From Terriglobales bacterium (lineage in GTDB: Bacteria > Acidobacteriota > Terriglobia > Terriglobales > Acidobacteriaceae), in assembly GCA_035639935.1 (NCBI GenBank), contig DASQXC010000056.1:1-28398 (forward strand): a stretch of DNA of 28,398 nucleotides, in the 5' to 3' direction. The position numbers and the translations under genes are program-made. Of the stretch, positions 26,600 to 28,398 are shown piece after piece; within the stretch, counting starts at the first letter, position 1, and each line of letters starts with the position of its first letter. The notes under the pieces are model-generated. The model was given only the letters and a program-made list of their open reading frames with translations, was not told the DNA's origin and did no database searches.

Positions 26600-28165
26600 C
26601 TACTCTTTCGAGCCCGAGCTTTCTGGTGGCGATTCTTCCGTCTCTGCGCTTGTCTCCCCAACCGGCACCTCCGGTTCTGCGGACCGCTGGGGCACATAAA
26701 CTTCGGCCTCATCCGCCGGGGAAGCATTCTCTACGCCCTTAATCGCGGAGGACTCAAGCGCTTGTCCGGTGGCTTCGGTCTCCTCGGCTTCCGGACTGGC
26801 ATCTTCCGATTCCCCAAGTGGCGCGATTTCGGGCACGGGCGCAGGCTCTTCCGTCGCGACCTCTGCCTCAGCAGCCGTCGCTTCTCCCGCTTCCAGGCTG
26901 GAAAAGTAATTATTGACCGCGATGCTGATTTTTTCCACCGTCTTGGGACCGATACCCGGTATGGCCTCCAACTGCTCGGGAGTCATGTCGGCAAGCGCCT
27001 CCACTGTAGTAACGCCCGCCTCGACCAACTTCTCGATCAAGCCTTCACCCAAACCCTCCACTCGATCCAGTGGCGTATTGGCGGAGCCGACCAGGGCTTG
27101 CATCTGCTGCTCCACCTCTTGCCGCTTCTCTTCCTCGCTCTTAATATCAATTTTCCAGCCGAGCAGCTTGGCTGCCAGGCGAACGTTCTGGCCTTTTTTG
27201 CCAATGGCGAGCGAGAGCTGGCTGTCGTCCACGATCACTTCTAGGTGCTTCTCGACAGGATCAATTACGGATACCCGCGACACCTTGGCCGGCTGCAAGG
27301 CTTTCTCCGCAAAGGTCACCGGATCTTCATGCCACTCGATGATGTCAATCTTCTCTCCGCGCAGCTCACGGATGATCGACTGCACACGCATTCCCTTCAT
27401 TCCTACGCAGGCGCCCACCGAGTCCACGTCCTTGTCTTTGGACATGACGGCAATCTTGGTGCGCTCGCCCGCCTCACGCGCGATGGCGCGAATGACCACT
27501 GTGCCGTCATAGATCTCGGGGACCTCGGTCTGAAAGAGATGCTGTACCAGTTCCGGCGCCGCTCGCGATACCACAACCTGCGGGCCTTTTGAAGCCTTCT
27601 CAACGCGTGCAATCACCACCTTTACGCGTTCCCCAACGGCAAAGGACTCCAGACGCGACTGCTCCTTGCGCGGCATGCGCGCTTCCGTCTTGCCCAATTC
27701 GAAGATCACGTCCGGGCCCTCGGTGCGCTTAACCGTCGCGGTTACGATCTCCCCCACGCGCCCGATATACTCGTTGTACACAGTATCGCGCTCGGCCTCG
27801 CGCACCTTCTGAAAGATCACCTGTTTGGCAAGCTGCGCTGCGATGCGCCCCAGCACGTCCGTGGGCTTATAGAAGCGGACCTCGCCTCCGACCTCCACGT
27901 TAGGATCGACTTTCCTCGCTTCCTCCAGAGGAATCTGCAAGTTCGGGTCCTCGATCTGTTCTGGGCTCTCCACCACCGTCTTCACCGCGAAGGCCTTGAT
28001 CGCGCCAGATTCCTTGTCCAGTTCCGCCCGCAGGTTCTCCTGGCTCTTGTAGTACTTCCGCGTCGCCACGACAATGGCATCCTCCACCGCGCTGACCACA
28101 ATCTGCGGATCAATGCCCTTCTCCCGGCTCAGAAAATCAATCGTCTGATAAAGCAGACTCGCCAT
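26600..28165 (-). CDS. nusA: Transcription termination/antitermination factor NusA
   Basis: GRIAAQLAKQVI.QKVREAER, S1 and KH domains (REAGERTKIAV, VGACVGMKGMRV, LAIGKKGQNVRLAAKLLGWKIDI), HhH-like C-terminal region and acidic tail. Confidence 0.97.
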   Translation of the reverse strand: MASLLYQTIDFLSREKGIDPQIVVSAVEDAIVVATRKYYKSQENLRAELDKESGAIKAFAVKTVVESPEQIEDPNLQIPLEEARKVDPNVEVGGEVRFYKPTDVLGRIAAQLAKQVIFQKVREAERDTVYNEYIGRVGEIVTATVKRTEGPDVIFELGKTEARMPRKEQSRLESFAVGERVKVVIARVEKASKGPQVVVSRAAPELVQHLFQTEVPEIYDGTVVIRAIAREAGERTKIAVMSKDKDVDSVGACVGMKGMRVQSIIRELRGEKIDIIEWHEDPVTFAEKALQPAKVSRVSVIDPVEKHLEVIVDDSQLSLAIGKKGQNVRLAAKLLGWKIDIKSEEEKRQEVEQQMQALVGSANTPLDRVEGLGEGLIEKLVEAGVTTVEALADMTPEQLEAIPGIGPKTVEKISIAVNNYFSSLEAGEATAAEAEVATEEPAPVPEIAPLGESEDASPEAEETEATGQALESSAIKGVENASPADEAEVYVPQRSAEPEVPVGETSAETEESPPESSGSKE

Positions 28166-28218
28166 GATTCCGTTCTAATCCCCTTTTTTCCTGCTTCCTG
28201 CGCCGTGCCGCCTGTTGC

Positions 28219-28398
28219 CTAAAATTCCGGCACCAGGTTCGCCCTCTCGACATTGGGATACGCGATCTCGACCTGTCGCTCCGGCCGTCCCAGCCCCTTC
28301 TTCGCCTTACCTGTGCTGAGGCTCAACACCAGAGTTCCATGGCGGAAGCTCTCCAGGCGGCCTTCAAAAAATCTGTCGCCCTCGATCGGCTCGTGCGT
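28219..28398 (-). CDS. rimP: Ribosome maturation factor RimP, C-terminal fragment; 5' truncated by the window edge
   Basis: Minus-strand translation THEPIEGDRFFEGRLESF..GTLVL...VEIAYPNVERANLVPEF* fits the RimP C-terminus (G.L...I.....I..A.LV.EF). Canonical position upstream of nusA. Not in the supplied ORF track. Confidence 0.88.
   Translation of the reverse strand, partial: THEPIEGDRFFEGRLESFRHGTLVLSLSTGKAKKGLGRPERQVEIAYPNVERANLVPEF

Noticed and set aside
26494-26727. 77-aa minus-strand ORF as a possible ylxR
   Set aside because: It overlaps the nusA 3' end in another frame and lacks the YlxR R.C..C/GRGAY motifs.

Overview
GC-rich bacterial chromosomal segment, probably Acidobacteriota. 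This is inferred from the gene repertoire and repeat style, not from a search. The content is mostly housekeeping: pheT 3' end, msrQP, murB, aroF-type DAHP synthase, nfo, leuS, guaA, an ArnT-like transferase, and rimP(partial)-nusA-infB-DUF503-rbfA. No tRNA, rRNA, CRISPR array or transposase was recognised. The most interesting items are: (1) a MOT1-family molybdate transporter homologue head-to-head with the molybdoenzyme MsrPQ, where a single TATTATA supplies overlapping -10 boxes on both strands; (2) an archease-RtcB RNA ligase pair appended directly to guaA; (3) an Fe-S module made of a swivel-first LeuD-LeuC-like aconitase-family fusion of unknown substrate, a 7Fe-type ferredoxin and an orphan PflX-type radical SAM enzyme converging on rtcB; (4) a REP/MITE-like inverted element and several 7-8 bp tandem arrays in intergenic spacers; (5) repeated extended -10 motifs positioned for leaderless translation. 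All functional calls come from motif recognition by eye; no database search was run.
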